Below, piece after piece: positions 39,383-53,293 of a stretch of DNA of 64,000 nt. The notes beneath the pieces were generated by a model. It saw only the letters and a list, made by a program, of their open reading frames with translations, did no database searches and was not told the origin of the DNA. Source of the DNA: the human T2T-CHM13v2.0 reference genome, Homo sapiens. A program made the position numbers and the translations under genes. The stretch lies in the NCBI RefSeq assembly GCF_009914755.1, contig NC_060941.1; one strand, 5' to 3'. Each line of letters begins with the position of its first letter. The first letter of the stretch is position 1.

Positions 39383-39647
39383 GTTGCCTGGGCTGGAGTA
39401 CAATGATGTGATCCTGGCTCACCACAAACTCCGCCTCCCAGGTTCAAGCAATTCTCCTTGCCTCAGCCTCCTGAGTAGCTGGGATTACAGGTGCCTGCCA
39501 CCACACCTGGCTAATTTTTGTATTTTTAGTAGAGACAGGTTTTCACCATGTTGGTCAGGCTGGTCTCAAACTCCTGACCTCAGGTAATCCACCTGCCTCA
39601 GCCTCCCAAAGTGCTGGGATTACAGGCGTGAGCCACCGTGCCAGGCC
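39383..39647 (-). mobile_element. Tail-less (3'-truncated) AluS with perfect TSD
   Basis: TSD tagaagacaattct at 39369-39382 and 39648-39661; no poly(A) and about 20 terminal nt missing. Confidence 0.92.
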
Positions 39648-41372
39648 TAGAAGACAATTCTAAAGCTTTCCTGGATTGTGGACTCCATTGAAATCTGATG
39701 AAAATCTTCTTCCCAGAAATGTGAGATTATACACATTTTGGATCCATTTTCAGAGTATTTATGAACCCCGACCTAGGACTCTCCCATGTATAAGGAACAT
39801 GAATGCTTTCCACATCATTGCATACATGGCCATCCCAGCCTCACCAGAATACCTCTAACAGTAGAGAAGTGTGTAAATCATAGAGGCAGCCTGGAAGGAA
39901 GCAGCAGTTTGAGTACATGTAAACAATGCTCCACAGAATCTCTGATGTTCCTTAGAGATGCTCCACAGAGCACCCCAATTGTTCATCCAATTTCATTGGC
40001 CAAATTGCTTAATTTCTAGGTCTGTTTTTGCATATAAAAAGTGGATCTCATAATATCAAAGTGGCAGGATTGAAAGATTAAATGAAGTACATATGAAATT
40101 CCCAAAAGAGCCTCTGGTAGGGTAAGATGTTCCCTGTATGGATGTTGTTGTTGTTGTTGCTGCTGCTGCCACTGCCATGACTACTGCTGGTGCCACATTA
40201 TTGTTATTTAAAGTAATTAATTTAATTTTACTTTCTCGCTATGGTAGGTATTAAATTATTATTGTCTAAAGCTTCTTTCAACTTGGATACATTTGAAAAT
40301 ATGGTAGATGAGAGCTTTTCATAATATGTATCATTTAATGTTATTATTGATGTTGTGTTAGAATGTAATTGTCACCGGAAACTGTGGCTAAATGTCTTAA
40401 TCAGCATCTTATCTTTCAGTTGTTTATTGCTAACTGTGAGGAAACTTTTGTCTGTTCTGTCATTATTCACAGTGAAAACAGTCTGAAAACAGAATAGGCA
40501 TTTTTAATCAGTATTGGAACCCCTGGAGATGCTTCTATTGATCTCCTTATATTTACATGTTCTATATCATTATAATGCCTTTGTGTAGTTTCTATTTGAA
40601 ATAAAATAGTTTTGAACTACATGTTCAGAACTGCAATTTCTGTTTAACTGACATATAGATTGACAAAATGATTATGTAACAAAAGCATAAAGAGGCAGTT
40701 CTATCTTTAGAAATGCATAATAAGAAAAAATCTGGCCAGGTAACCCATATGAGGTCTTTAATAAAAAGAGAATATATTGACTTCTTGTTAAATTGACAGC
40801 ATAAGCACAGGCCTTTAACTACCTTCCTTCAGGCCTCATGGAAATGATAACTAGAATACAAAATAGGGCAAAAATCTTCAAAAGCACTAGCTGTTACAGG
40901 TGAATCCTAAAATCTTTTTAATATAGGAGAGATAGGACCACATGGATGGAAAGCAGGAAGGGCCAACCTGTTACTCCCACTGCTAAACAACAGTAACGAT
41001 TGTGGGAATAACTGACTGGCAGGAACCCTGGCAGGAGGACACTCTTAATATGTTCTGATTTGAAGGAGTAATGAATAAAGTCAAAGACAGGCTGGGGGTA
41101 GGGGGCAGACGATCTCTTTTCACTCTTTTTTATCTTAGTGAGTCAGTGGCATTTGTTGAAATCCTCAGGTTCACACAGATTATTTGTCAAGCAGAAGGAC
41201 AACTGGGGCTTGATCCTTTAGAAAGTGGAGACACACTTTAGATCTGACAGACACTGGGGCATACAGGAAGCTTTAAATGTAAGAGGAGTTGGCACGACAG
41301 CTTCAGCACCAAAAGCCACATCACTCTGCGCAGCCACCTCTTGTTCTAAGTCACTTTTCACCCCACTCAGAC

Positions 41373-41383
41373 TGCTGAGTCAT
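41373..41383 (-). promoter_or_regulatory. Perfect ARE/MARE-type motif (NRF2/BACH/NF-E2-sMAF) containing an AP-1 site
   Basis: TGCTGAGTCAT on + (ATGACTCAGCA on -); motif match only. Confidence 0.35.
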
Positions 41384-41786
41384 CCTTAAACTCACAATGC
41401 AAAGGTACATTTCACCCAGAGGTTTGAGAGGGTAATTCCAACAACAATTTGGTCAAATTTTAGGGCAATCAAAGGGTCTACACATTCTTTAAAAGGTCAA
41501 AAACCAGTTCTGAGTAGAGAGCTCTCTAAATTCAAGCTTTTATGAATAAAAATGTATAACATATATAATGTGTATATATACACACACATCTCATTCAGGC
41601 TATTCTAGCTCTTATAAACAAATGCATACATATACATATAAATATATGATTGTGAAAAGGTCCACAAATAAAGCCAGGAAATACAGCTCTCAAGATTCAT
41701 AGTGGACTTCAGGATCAAGATAGAAGAGGGATCTCATGCTAAAACCTTCCCATTCTGCTCTTACACATAGAAATGACATTTTAAAT

Positions 41787-41799
41787 TGTGTGTGTGTGT

Positions 41800-41837
<38 letters not shown>
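41787..41837. repeat. (TG)n microsatellite with one interruption
   Basis: Directly visible. Confidence 0.95.
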
Positions 41838-41839
<2 letters not shown>

Positions 41840-42361
41840 AGATAAAAAACAAGAAAGGAATATCACCCTGCATCAGAAACAATATGAAACTATCATGATA
41901 AGTAGGATTTTAAGCTTCAGAGATTTCACAGAATTGAGATCAGCAATTGGAGCTAAGGTTTCTACACCCAAGAGGCCCTAAATGATGCCTAAGCAAAGGA
42001 AGCAAGGAGCGGGAATCCTTCTGTAGAGAATATACTTTATTTTCTTAAATTGCTCATGTATTAGGCATTTTAAAAAATCCCTCCAGTTTATGAGCCATCT
42101 GGGCCTGCCACTAATTAAAGTTGAAAGTAAACATTTCATCCACTACAGGTGGGGAATATAAATTGGCATGACATCCTTGGGAATCCGTTTTGCAGTATAT
42201 ATCAAGAGCTTTTTAAATATCCATTTGGAAGGTTTTTTTGAAAGTTAAAATGTTTTTAATGGTCATATATTCTCACTCAATAATCCCACCTGTTACTATT
42301 TTTTTTGCAAAAAAGATGTGTATAAGTATATACATGTATTTTTATTACTGCATTTCTTATA

Positions 42362-42949
42362 CAGATTGAACATCCCAAATCTGAAATCCCAAATTTGAAA
42401 TGCCCCAAAATCCAAAACTTTTGAGTGCAGATATGGCCCCAGAAGTGGAAAATTTCACACCTGACCTCATGTGATGGGTGGTAGTCAAAACACAGGAGCA
42501 TAACACAGTTTATTCAGCGTCCCCAAGAGAAAAAAAACTAACAAAACAAAACAAAACACCCTCCCAGCCCACTTCAGCTTTGATATATTTTTTTCTGAGC
42601 AAGCATGATGGTGATGCCAAACAACCACAGATTGTCCACATGGGTGACCAGAATAGTGACACCTTTACTTTCTGATGGTTCAATGATCACAAGTTTGGTT
42701 CACGCACAGAATTGTGACCAGAATAGTGACACCTTTACTTTCTGATGGTTCAATGATCACAAATTTGGTTCACGCACAGAATTGTTACAAATATTCTATA
42801 AAAGCTGTGTAAAAGGTGCTTATGAAACAAATGAATTGTATGTTGTAGTCTTGGGTCCCATTCCTAAGGTACCTCATTATGTATATGCAAGTATTCCAAA
42901 ATCCAAAATACTTCTGGTCCAAGCATCTCAGATAAGGGTACTCAACCTG
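42362..42949. mobile_element. Tigger4 (Zombi/MER46-type) non-autonomous DNA transposon
   Basis: TA|cagattgaacatccc ... agggtactcaacctg|TA TIRs and TA duplication. Confidence 0.85.
42644..42783. repeat. 70-bp tandem duplication (2 copies, 1 mismatch)
   Basis: 42644-42713 and 42714-42783 are identical except aagttt/aaattt. Confidence 0.95.
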
Positions 42950-42974
42950 TAATATCAAAAATATGGATGTTACC

Positions 42975-43280
42975 ATTATTCTAACGGAAGTAACTCAGGA
43001 ATGGAAAGCCAAACATCATTATCTTTTCACTTATAAGTGGGAGCTAAGATATGAGGACGCAAAGACCAAGAATGACACAATGGACTCTGGGGACTTAGTA
43101 GGAAGGCTGGGAGGGGGTTAAGGGATAAAAGACTACACATTGGGTGCAGTGTACACTGCTCAAGTGATGGCTGCACCAAAACCTCAGAAATCACACCTAA
43201 AGAACTTATCCATGTAACCAAACACCACCTGTTCCCCCAAAACTATTGAAATAACAATAAATAAATAAATGAAATGAAAT
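42975..43280 (+). mobile_element. L1PB-type 3' end
   Basis: agggataaaagactacacattgggtgcagtgtacactgctc..gtgatgg motif; (TAAA)n tail. Confidence 0.85.
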
Positions 43281-43794
43281 ACATAACATTTTGAAAATAT
43301 TTCTATTAACAGTAAAAAAAAGTCCTAATTTCTCTCAGTAAAGAAAGATTATGATTTTGTATTTTATTAACAACCATGTAATTTAGTATGTCTCATTACT
43401 CTGAAAAATCTTTGGCATATTATTTTAGGCAACAAAAGAAATGGATGTTCAACTTTTACAGGTTGGTTCAATAACTATGTTATTTTTACTCAACCAATTG
43501 AAAAATAAGACTGTCAAGCAGTGACCATCTGATTGCATGTATTTGTCTGTGCAAGTCTCCTGCATCACTTCAGATGTTCCTATCTGAAATCAGCAATATA
43601 TTACCTTTTAAGAAGAATGTGAGTAGTAGCTGCCTTTTTTCTGTTACATCTGAAGCTAATTAGAAGTTACTTAAGCAGATTAGAAAAGGTTTTATGAGAA
43701 AAAGGGGAAAGGCAGTACTGTAACATTTTAAAGGCCTTGATGGGATTTATCTTTTAAATTCTTCCCTTCTTTAGGAGCTAAAGCTTAGACTTGA

Positions 43795-44233
<439 letters not shown>

Positions 44234-44749
44234 AAAACTGTGTTTCTTTAATGAAAGTCAGCTATACTATTAATATTTAGAATGGACATTATGGTATTTT
44301 CCTCTACACAAAGTAATTATGCTATTTCTTCTCCTAGAATTGGGGTGATGTTCCAAGCATTAGATAATAGCTTATTATATGATTCTGTGTCACTTGAGAG
44401 AAATTTTACCTGTTTTTGTAAAACAGCCCTGTTCTCTGGTGACTTGATTATTCAAAGCCAGATAATAACCACAACAAATATTTGTGGCATTTTGCCATTC
44501 AAGGAAATGGCGAACTCACATATTCTCCTGTGTTGTTTCAAACTGAAAGTAGGTCACTGTTGTAAGGTTCCATTAAGAAAATATATCAAATTTAATCTTG
44601 GGAGTTTTAAGTTGGCAAATTATTGCCAGCAACAAGAGAAATAATTCTTTTCCTAGTACAATTTTATTTCCAGAAAAAATGAGTTAAAGAGAAAAACATA
44701 TCGCTTAAGAAAAGGTAATGATTTACATTCATTATTTCCTTCCTTCCAG

Positions 44750-45420
44750 AACTATTTGTTGAGTGTCTACAATGGGCCAGACCCTAGGATAACAACACAA
44801 ACAAGGCCCTTGCTATCAAGCTGCTTAGGTAAATTGTAGTGGGCAGAGATGGACAAGCAAGTTCACAAATAAATAGAAAACGTAATTGTAGACAGTGATG
44901 AGTGTTATGCACATAATAAAACCAGATTATGTATTAGGAAAGATGAGTAAGTGGAGATGCTACATTAGATTAATTGACAAATAAGTCTTCTTTGAAGAGG
45001 TAACATTGCATCCCAGACTCAGCCAGGAACAAAAACTATGGGAAGGACCTTTCAGGCCCAGTACAAATGCTGTGAGATAGGAACAAACTTGACATACTTG
45101 AGGGACAGGAAAAAAAAAAAAAAAAAAAAGCCAGTGTATCTAATACGTATGAGCAAGCAGGAGAACAGCATGCGATAAGGGTGGATATGTAGCAAGAAGC
45201 CAGATAATACAAGGCTTTGAACACCATACTAAGGAGTTTGGATTTTATTTTAAGTGTCGTAGGAAGGCACAAGGAGTAACATGATATGGTCTACATTTTA
45301 AAAGATCCTTTGGGTGTTTGTTTAAAACTGGGCTCTAAGAGTAGCAAGAGTGAAGAAAGCAGGAAGACTAGGTGGCTATTGCAGTGATTGAGGTGGGAGA
45401 TGGTGGTAACTTGGGCTCAG
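44750..45420 (-). mobile_element. L2 fragment
   Basis: tatttgttgagtgtctac start; aaggagtttggattttattttaag motif. Confidence 0.7.
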
Positions 45421-47081
45421 TTTGAAGTAAAAGCTAACAAATATTTATTTTTTAAAAAGGATTAGTAGTGTGTCAGCATGTATAACTTTTTGGAACGCCT
45501 GAAATTCGGTGTTAATTTTTAAACTTTCCTATTCATGTGCATATTGTTTCAATGAGTAAAAAAAAGTCCGGTAGCACAGACAGATCTGCTGTCATCTTGG
45601 ATCTTAGACTACCCCATGTTTTTCTATTGTGCCTTCTCTGCACTAATCAACTATTGGATATTTGCTTTTTTCATCAAACAAATTCCTTAAAAAACGCTGA
45701 AATTCTTTAATACCACCAGATACATAGCAGCAATCTACTAATCTGTATTGGTACACAGGAAGCAAACATAGACAGTTCTTCAGTCATAAAAATCAGGAAG
45801 CCATGATGTTCCTAGTGTTTAACATACAAAAACAAATATCTAGTGTGAATCAATCCCAAAGCTCCCACATATTGTGAGTTTTCACAGAAGATCATTTCCA
45901 AGAAACTATTTCAGGTTTCTGTGATACTTTAATCACATACCGATAGCATTAAGATATGAAGGCACAGCTAGACAAGCAAGACTTAATTCTCACTACAGGC
46001 AGGAATATAGTAGTTGTCAAGGGGATTGCAGGATGTGTACTATCTAGTACTTAATCAAGTAAAATCTATATACCTTACTACTAACATGGTGAACAGTCTA
46101 TCACATTAAATGGTTTCAAGCACAAAGGCAGAAAAAATGCAAGGACTGCTTCTAAGATTGTAGAAGGCATGAGTGGTAAAATATAGTCAATTATCACTTT
46201 TTCAAAAGATGAAACTCTGATTCCTTTCACAATTAGAACTGACTATAATGATAGAATGCCTAAAGTATAGTGTGTGTTTCAGTCCTATAACTGGACAAAC
46301 AAAATGTAAATGATGCCAGAAAGAAACATCCTCCCGCAAGGCCTGAAAATCTCCTCTTCCAAACTGAATGCCTTATTTTGGGTTAGTGGAATAGGTATTT
46401 TCCAGAGTTCACATGAGGACAAAGTATTAACAGCTCATCTCAGAAAAGGCAGCAGTACTAAAATGTGTGCAGTAACAGTCTTCATAATTATTTATCATGA
46501 TAAAATAGTTCAATTCAGATCCAGAAGTTCAGTTCCTGCCTTCAACAACAGACTATTAATATTACTGTTGCAGGTAATATTTTTAAAAATAACATTGACA
46601 TAGAAGGTTTTAAATTTTTATCAGTTTTGCGGTTCTAAAGTTCTGTTTTATATTAATATGTCCTCACAGCAACCCTGTGAGAGAGACATTATTCTTTTTA
46701 ATTTAAACTATATGGAAAGATCAAAGCTCATAGAACTTAATGATTTACTTAAGTCACAAGTTTGGAAAGGACAATGTCAGAATCATAATTCAGGTCTTCT
46801 AATTCTCTGTCCAGGGTTCCTAATAAATCCTGTGAGTCTCATAGAAATATAGTTAAGACATGATGTCACAATTGAACTGGTAATTATTTTTTTCTCTTTT
46901 AAAGTATATGAAATAGCATGGTGTGTTATAATTGATGGCACCTTAGATTTGGTGAAATATGATGACCTCTCTGAGTATTCGCTTCCTGTCTCTGAAGTCA
47001 GGGTACAGTCTTCATATGATTTTCTCAAGGATTAAGTGACCTACTATGAAAGTGTTTTGCTCTGTAACTATAGGTTTATGG

Positions 47082-47320
<239 letters not shown>

Positions 47321-48328
47321 GTTTATGTTTTAGAGTTCACTTTTTATTTTAATTCGAATCATTCAATAAAATATACCTCATCTTACCTAATTTTCATGAC
47401 TTACAAATATTCAGGATAAAGCAATAGATTGCATTGCCTCAAGAAGCTTTAGTAGTTTTCAATCTGCTATAAGATATCTCCCTCATTGATAACATTGATT
47501 TTCTCAGGAGATAGGATTGGGAGATTATCTGTTTTTTTATTGGAAACTTTCATATTGCTTTTTTTTTTTTTTAAGAATAAGCATTTGTTACTGCTGAACT
47601 TTAAAGCTTATTTTTTTAAGTAAAAGAATTTTTAAGCATCATGGAGATCTCACAGTAAGAAACAAAAGCTCTCTTTGGGACTATTTGCGTAACAATACAT
47701 AAAAAGGTAATAATAAATGTTCCTAGGTAAAGACCTTAAAACTGGGGATGCACTCCTCCATAAAGTGAGCTTAAACCTCCAGACAGAGTTAATAGCTCTT
47801 TGCTCAAACCTGTATTATTGCTCTTTTCATATTGCCTTGTAATTATCTATTTGTATGTTTTTCTTCTCACTGAATTTTGTCCTAAACTGCTTTGCATCTT
47901 TAGTGACAAACACTGTGCTGACCTCATAATAAATAAATAATAAATCTTTGTTGAATGAAAAAAAATGAAGATGTAAAGTCAACAACTGAATCTTTAATAT
48001 TTTTTTTCTGAAAATGTGTGACCTTATCCAACCAGCATTATTGATAAAAATTATAAAGCAATTAGTTCTTGGGACTACACAGTGCTATTTGTGTTTCTCA
48101 TTTCTTTTATAATAACTGCAGAATTCTAATGAAAGTTAAAGTCAAAAGTAGAATAGGGAAAATATTCAGAGTGAGAAAACTTGCTTCTTAGACAAGTTAT
48201 TTTACAACCTTAAGTAAATTATTCAACCTCACTTTTGCCCCATTTATAAAATGGTAAAAATGATGTATTTGTCTCTAAGCATTATAGGATAAAAATAAAG
48301 TAACATTTGTAAGAAATTGCCTGTAGTT

Positions 48329-48620
<292 letters not shown>

Positions 48621-48719
48621 AAATTGCCTGTAGTTTTTACTACAGATAAATGAAATAAATTAGTTCACACCCTAATTCTATTTTTATCAAAAAAGTAGAT
48701 TCATTTTTACTTGTAGAGA

Positions 48720-48950
48720 AGCAGAGTAGTGAAAAGATCATACGCTATAAGGTTCCAATGCCAACTCTATGGCATAATAGATTTGGCTTTGAGAATTCTA
48801 TAAGCTGGCTGAGTCTCATTTTTTTTCATCTATGAAGATGGAGATATCACCAACCCATAGGGTTGTCCTGAGGATTAAAGCTAATGTATCTGAAGTGGCC
48901 AGCTCATTGAAAATATTATGGCTCACATCTGGTAGGTACTTAATATCACC
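48720..48950 (+). mobile_element. MIR
   Basis: tgagtctcatttttttcatctatgaagatgg...agggttgtcctgaggattaaa. Confidence 0.65.
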
Positions 48951-50249
48951 ATTATCATCATCATCATTATAATCTTCTTTGTTCATTGTCATTGTGTAAA
49001 AGGATTATTTTGTCCTTACAGCCTTAAACCATTCTCTTCCGCACCTCCTTTTTTTTGAGAACTGGAAACCCTGGAAGATAATGAACAATTTCTACTAATG
49101 TCGATTTATATGATCTATCGTTACATTACTTCTCTGAGAACACGTGAGAAACCGTGTGCTAAAACCCTGGAAAGCAATTGCAAAGTAACATTTCATGCTT
49201 TCAAGTGGCAGTAATTTTGGGTAGGAAACCAGTCTTCAACTCAAATTTACTTAATGGATATAAAGATTGAAATAATAAAGAAGTTTATGTCTAACTAGCA
49301 GCCTCAAAGGCCCTCTGGAAACATTTCATACAGTCTTATATATGGAATGAAGGAGGCCTTGCTGAACTTGTTTAGAAAATGGAAATACTAAAATTGCATA
49401 GGAATGAGGTCTAAATACCCAGTAGCTCTCTGCAAACCCATAAACTAGATATTCACAGGCATTTCATCCATGTGAGGCAGGAGTAAGCCATATAGCTCTC
49501 TGAAGGAAAAGTGTTCCAGACAGAGGGAACAGCAAGTGGAAAGGCCCTGAGGCAGGAGTGTGCCTGATGTGTTTGAGAAAAGCAAAGAGGATAGTTTGGA
49601 TTGAGAGGTGCAGTTCATTCTGTCGTTAAGCCCTCAGTTTAATTGCCTACTATCAGAAAGGCCTTACCTAATCACCTGTCTAATGTTGACCTTCTCTCCA
49701 CCTCCAGTACTCTATTTCACTCCCCTGTTTTATTCTCTTCACAGCACTTTATTTTTTGTTTGTTTACTTGTTTATTTTCTACCTCCTTTAGTAAAATATA
49801 AGCTTCTTGAGAACAGTGATCTTGAACGTCTTCTTTACCACAATTAGCTAACACCTAGAACAGTGCCTGGTACCTGGCACATATTCAAGAGACACTCATA
49901 TTTTTTATTGTGCTTAATATCTGTTTAGTAAGCACATTTAATATTTAACAGATGAATGTTGAATATATATATTTTAATTTCATTTACTTAGGAATGAACT
50001 TAAAACAATGAGGCACCATTTTTATTCACCAGAGTGCCATATATTAACAATGATTGGTCATCTATAGTGTTAGTAAATATGTGAGGAAACCAGCATACTC
50101 ATACACTGTTAATAGTTGTTTACTCCATTCAGCTTTTTTGGAGCGCAGTCTAACTGTGTCTCTAGGAATCTAAATGTACATTTTTTGACGCTTCAGTTTC
50201 ACTTCCGAAGTCTATACAGAAATACCCATTTATATGCATAAATATAAAG

Positions 50250-50590
50250 ATTATAATGATGTATTGGTTAATGACAAGGATATATTCTGAGAATACATCA
50301 TTAGGCAATGTCATCATTGTGCAAATATCATATTGTATTCAAACAAACCTAGGTGGTATAGCCTACTATCTACTTAGGCTATATGGCATATAGCCTATTG
50401 ATCCTAGGCTTCAAGTATGTATAGCAGAAACTGTACTGAATACTGTATGCAATTATAACATAATGCTAAGTATTTGTGTATCTAAACATGGGAAAGGTAC
50501 AGCAAAAATACAGTATTATTATCCTATGGGATCACTGCTACAAATGTGGTCTGTCATTGACTGAAACATGGTTATACAGTGCATGACTCT
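50250..50590. mobile_element. Tigger3 (Golem/MER7-type) MITE
   Basis: ttctgagaa..catcattaggcaat..acaaacctaggtggtatagcctac..ttgactgaaacat..gtgcatgact. Confidence 0.8.
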
Positions 50591-51621
50591 ACCTACTTGC
50601 ATGTACAAATAGATCTCAAATAGTCTATTCTTTCCACAAATATTTGTTGAATACAATTTATCAGGCACTAAGAACATAGGCCAGCTTTGCTAATGTCCTT
50701 TAGTACAAAGCAAGCAGCTGAAGCTCGGTATTGAAGTAGGTAAAACTTGGAGGAAGAACAGAATCAACTCTTGTGTATATAGATCCTAAGTAGGTACCAC
50801 GTACCATCTGCTGAGACTTTCTGATTAAAATATTTCTGTCGAAGATTATACCTTTTTTTCAGAGCAACACACCTTATAGAAGGGGAATAAGACTACAGAC
50901 AAAGTTTCCTGTACAGAAAGTCATGACTATGAGTGAGGATGATACACCATAATGAGCATGAGAGATGAAAAAAGGGAGAAACTAAAGTAAAACCATTAGA
51001 GTGAACCTCAACCAGCCCAGGCATAAAAGGAGCATGAATGATGCCTTCTGAAAGTGGATCATTAGTGCCTGCCAACCTGTTGCAATACTGAAGCATTGCA
51101 ACTATTTTATTATCTGCTGGAATTGTATTTCTACCAAAAGATACTAAAGAGGGCGTGATTGTTTAATTATGTACATATCTGGATATATATTACAGACTCC
51201 ATGGGCACAGTTTTGTTTTGTCTTGTTTTGTTTTAAACTTGGCTAAAATGAATTTATTATCATGTTTAGAGACTGTGGATGGGAACGTAGCTTGTAGGGT
51301 AAGAAATCCTAAAAGGTTAACACTACCGTGTACAATTACTTATAGCCTCAATAAGGAAAAAGCGTGAAAGTACTCAAGTAAATCAAGGGAAGCTTCACAG
51401 AATTCTTTGATGAACTTACATGTTTAAACAAATATACAAAAGATGGACAAAGAAACAACCTAGAACTAACAAAAACTTTTACACACAGTGTTAGGGAAGT
51501 TAAGGCCAGGATTAACTTAAACTTTGAAAAATAAAGGTGAGAAGAACTACATTTAAAGCAGTAATGACAAAGTAGAAGACTTGGTTTTTAAAGGTAATAT
51601 AAAGGGGAAGAGTCTAAGTGT

Positions 51622-52095
51622 TGTGTTGGACAGACTCTTTGGGTGGTTTCCATGATTCCTGTTTCCTGATGTTCATGCCTTTGTGTGATCCTCTCCCTTG
51701 GAGTATGTTTGAGACCTGTGATTTGCTTGTAACTATACAATACAGCAAAGTCACAGGTTGTACATGACTATATTGCATGAGATTTTAGTGCCAATTTTGC
51801 TGGAATCTTGCACTCTTTACTGGCTTCAAAGACATGAGCTGCTATGTTAGGAGACTCATGACAAGGAGCCGAGGACAGTCTCCGGATGAATCCTTCAGTG
51901 CTCCCCAGTCAAGCCTCAGATGAGACCGCAGCCATGCTCAACCTGTAGATTGAAGCCTTATGAGATCCTAAGCAGAGGACTCAGCTAAGCCATGTCCAGA
52001 CTCCTGTCCTACAGAAACCATGAGATAATATACATGTATTGTTTATGCTGCTATATGTGTGGTAGTTTGTTACACCACAATATAAATTAACACCA
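51622..52095. mobile_element. MaLR solo LTR (MLT1-type)
   Basis: cagctaagcc..ccagactcctg.cc.acagaaac..tgagataat...gtggtagtttgttac 3' signature. Confidence 0.8.
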
Positions 52096-53293
52096 TAAAC
52101 TATTGCCATTTGCCTCTGTCTTCCCAGTGGGAAAATGACCTTCACAGTGGCAAGGCTAGAATTTTTCCTGGAATAAAAAATATTCTTCTGTTGGAATAAG
52201 GGATACAAATTACATTCTTAGGGCTTTTAGGCACTCTTCAGACTCCTTATGAGAGATAAACACCCTCCCTACCCCTTTGACACTTTTCTATCTAATCAAA
52301 AGAAATTTGGGGGAATTAGAAGGGTGATTTTTTACCATCTTAATTAAGACACCAGCCTCCAGAACCAAACAGCAGCTGTTGTATTAGAAATACCACTATG
52401 AATCTTCCTGAGAGAAATAGCTCTCCCTCCTTACCATCTGATGTTGTCTCATTCAGCTTAACACTTCTAGTACCTATCATGGTGCTTGACACATAGTTGA
52501 TACTCAATGATTAATGAATGAATTCCTCATTAAGTTATCTCATCCATGCATTCAATAAGAAAGAGGGAAATTCACCCTTTGCTGTAGCACATTTCCTTCT
52601 TAGACTTTTGGGAATGAAAAAGCATACATGATATTTATTTATGTACAAGGAAGCATGAATGAACCATGAGAATACAGACATGAGTGAACTGCTTTTGTAA
52701 ATAAAAGGAGCTTTAAAAACCTAATGTGAATTCTGATTACTTCATAGTTCTCTTTATTTTTTCTCGATCTACAGAGTTGTATATAGTTTTGTTTGAGACA
52801 TGTTCAGAGTTAGTAAATGCCAAAAGCTTGTCTGATTCCAAATGATACTGACATAATGGACTCATTTGTTATGTCTGTGTTCTCTATCTTTGCATCACAT
52901 AAAAGTACAAATGTTTTTATAACTTGACAATAATTGAAAATGAAATGCCTTTATCTTTTTCTTCATTTATTTTTAGCTTCCTTCTTTGTACACCCATGAT
53001 GAAAACAGTTTTAGCATTATTTATTCCTGTTGAATGCCTGGTACATTGTATCTCGTTACTAGCAATTTGTGAACTCTCATTTTTTTTTTTTTATACTTTA
53101 AGCTCTGGGATACATGTACAGAATTTGCAGTGTTGTTACATGGGTATACACATGCCATGGTGGTTTGCTGCAGCCATCAACCCGTTATCTACATTAGGTA
53201 TTTCTCCTAATGCTATCCCTCCCCCAGCCCTCCACCCCAAGACAGGCCCTAGTGTGTGATGTTTCCCTCCCTGTGTCCATGTGTTCTCGTTGT

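Noticed and set aside
42644-42783. CRISPR-like or other repeat-spacer array
   Set aside because: Simple two-copy tandem duplication without spacers; I saw no array, RNA gene or prokaryotic-type system anywhere in this window.
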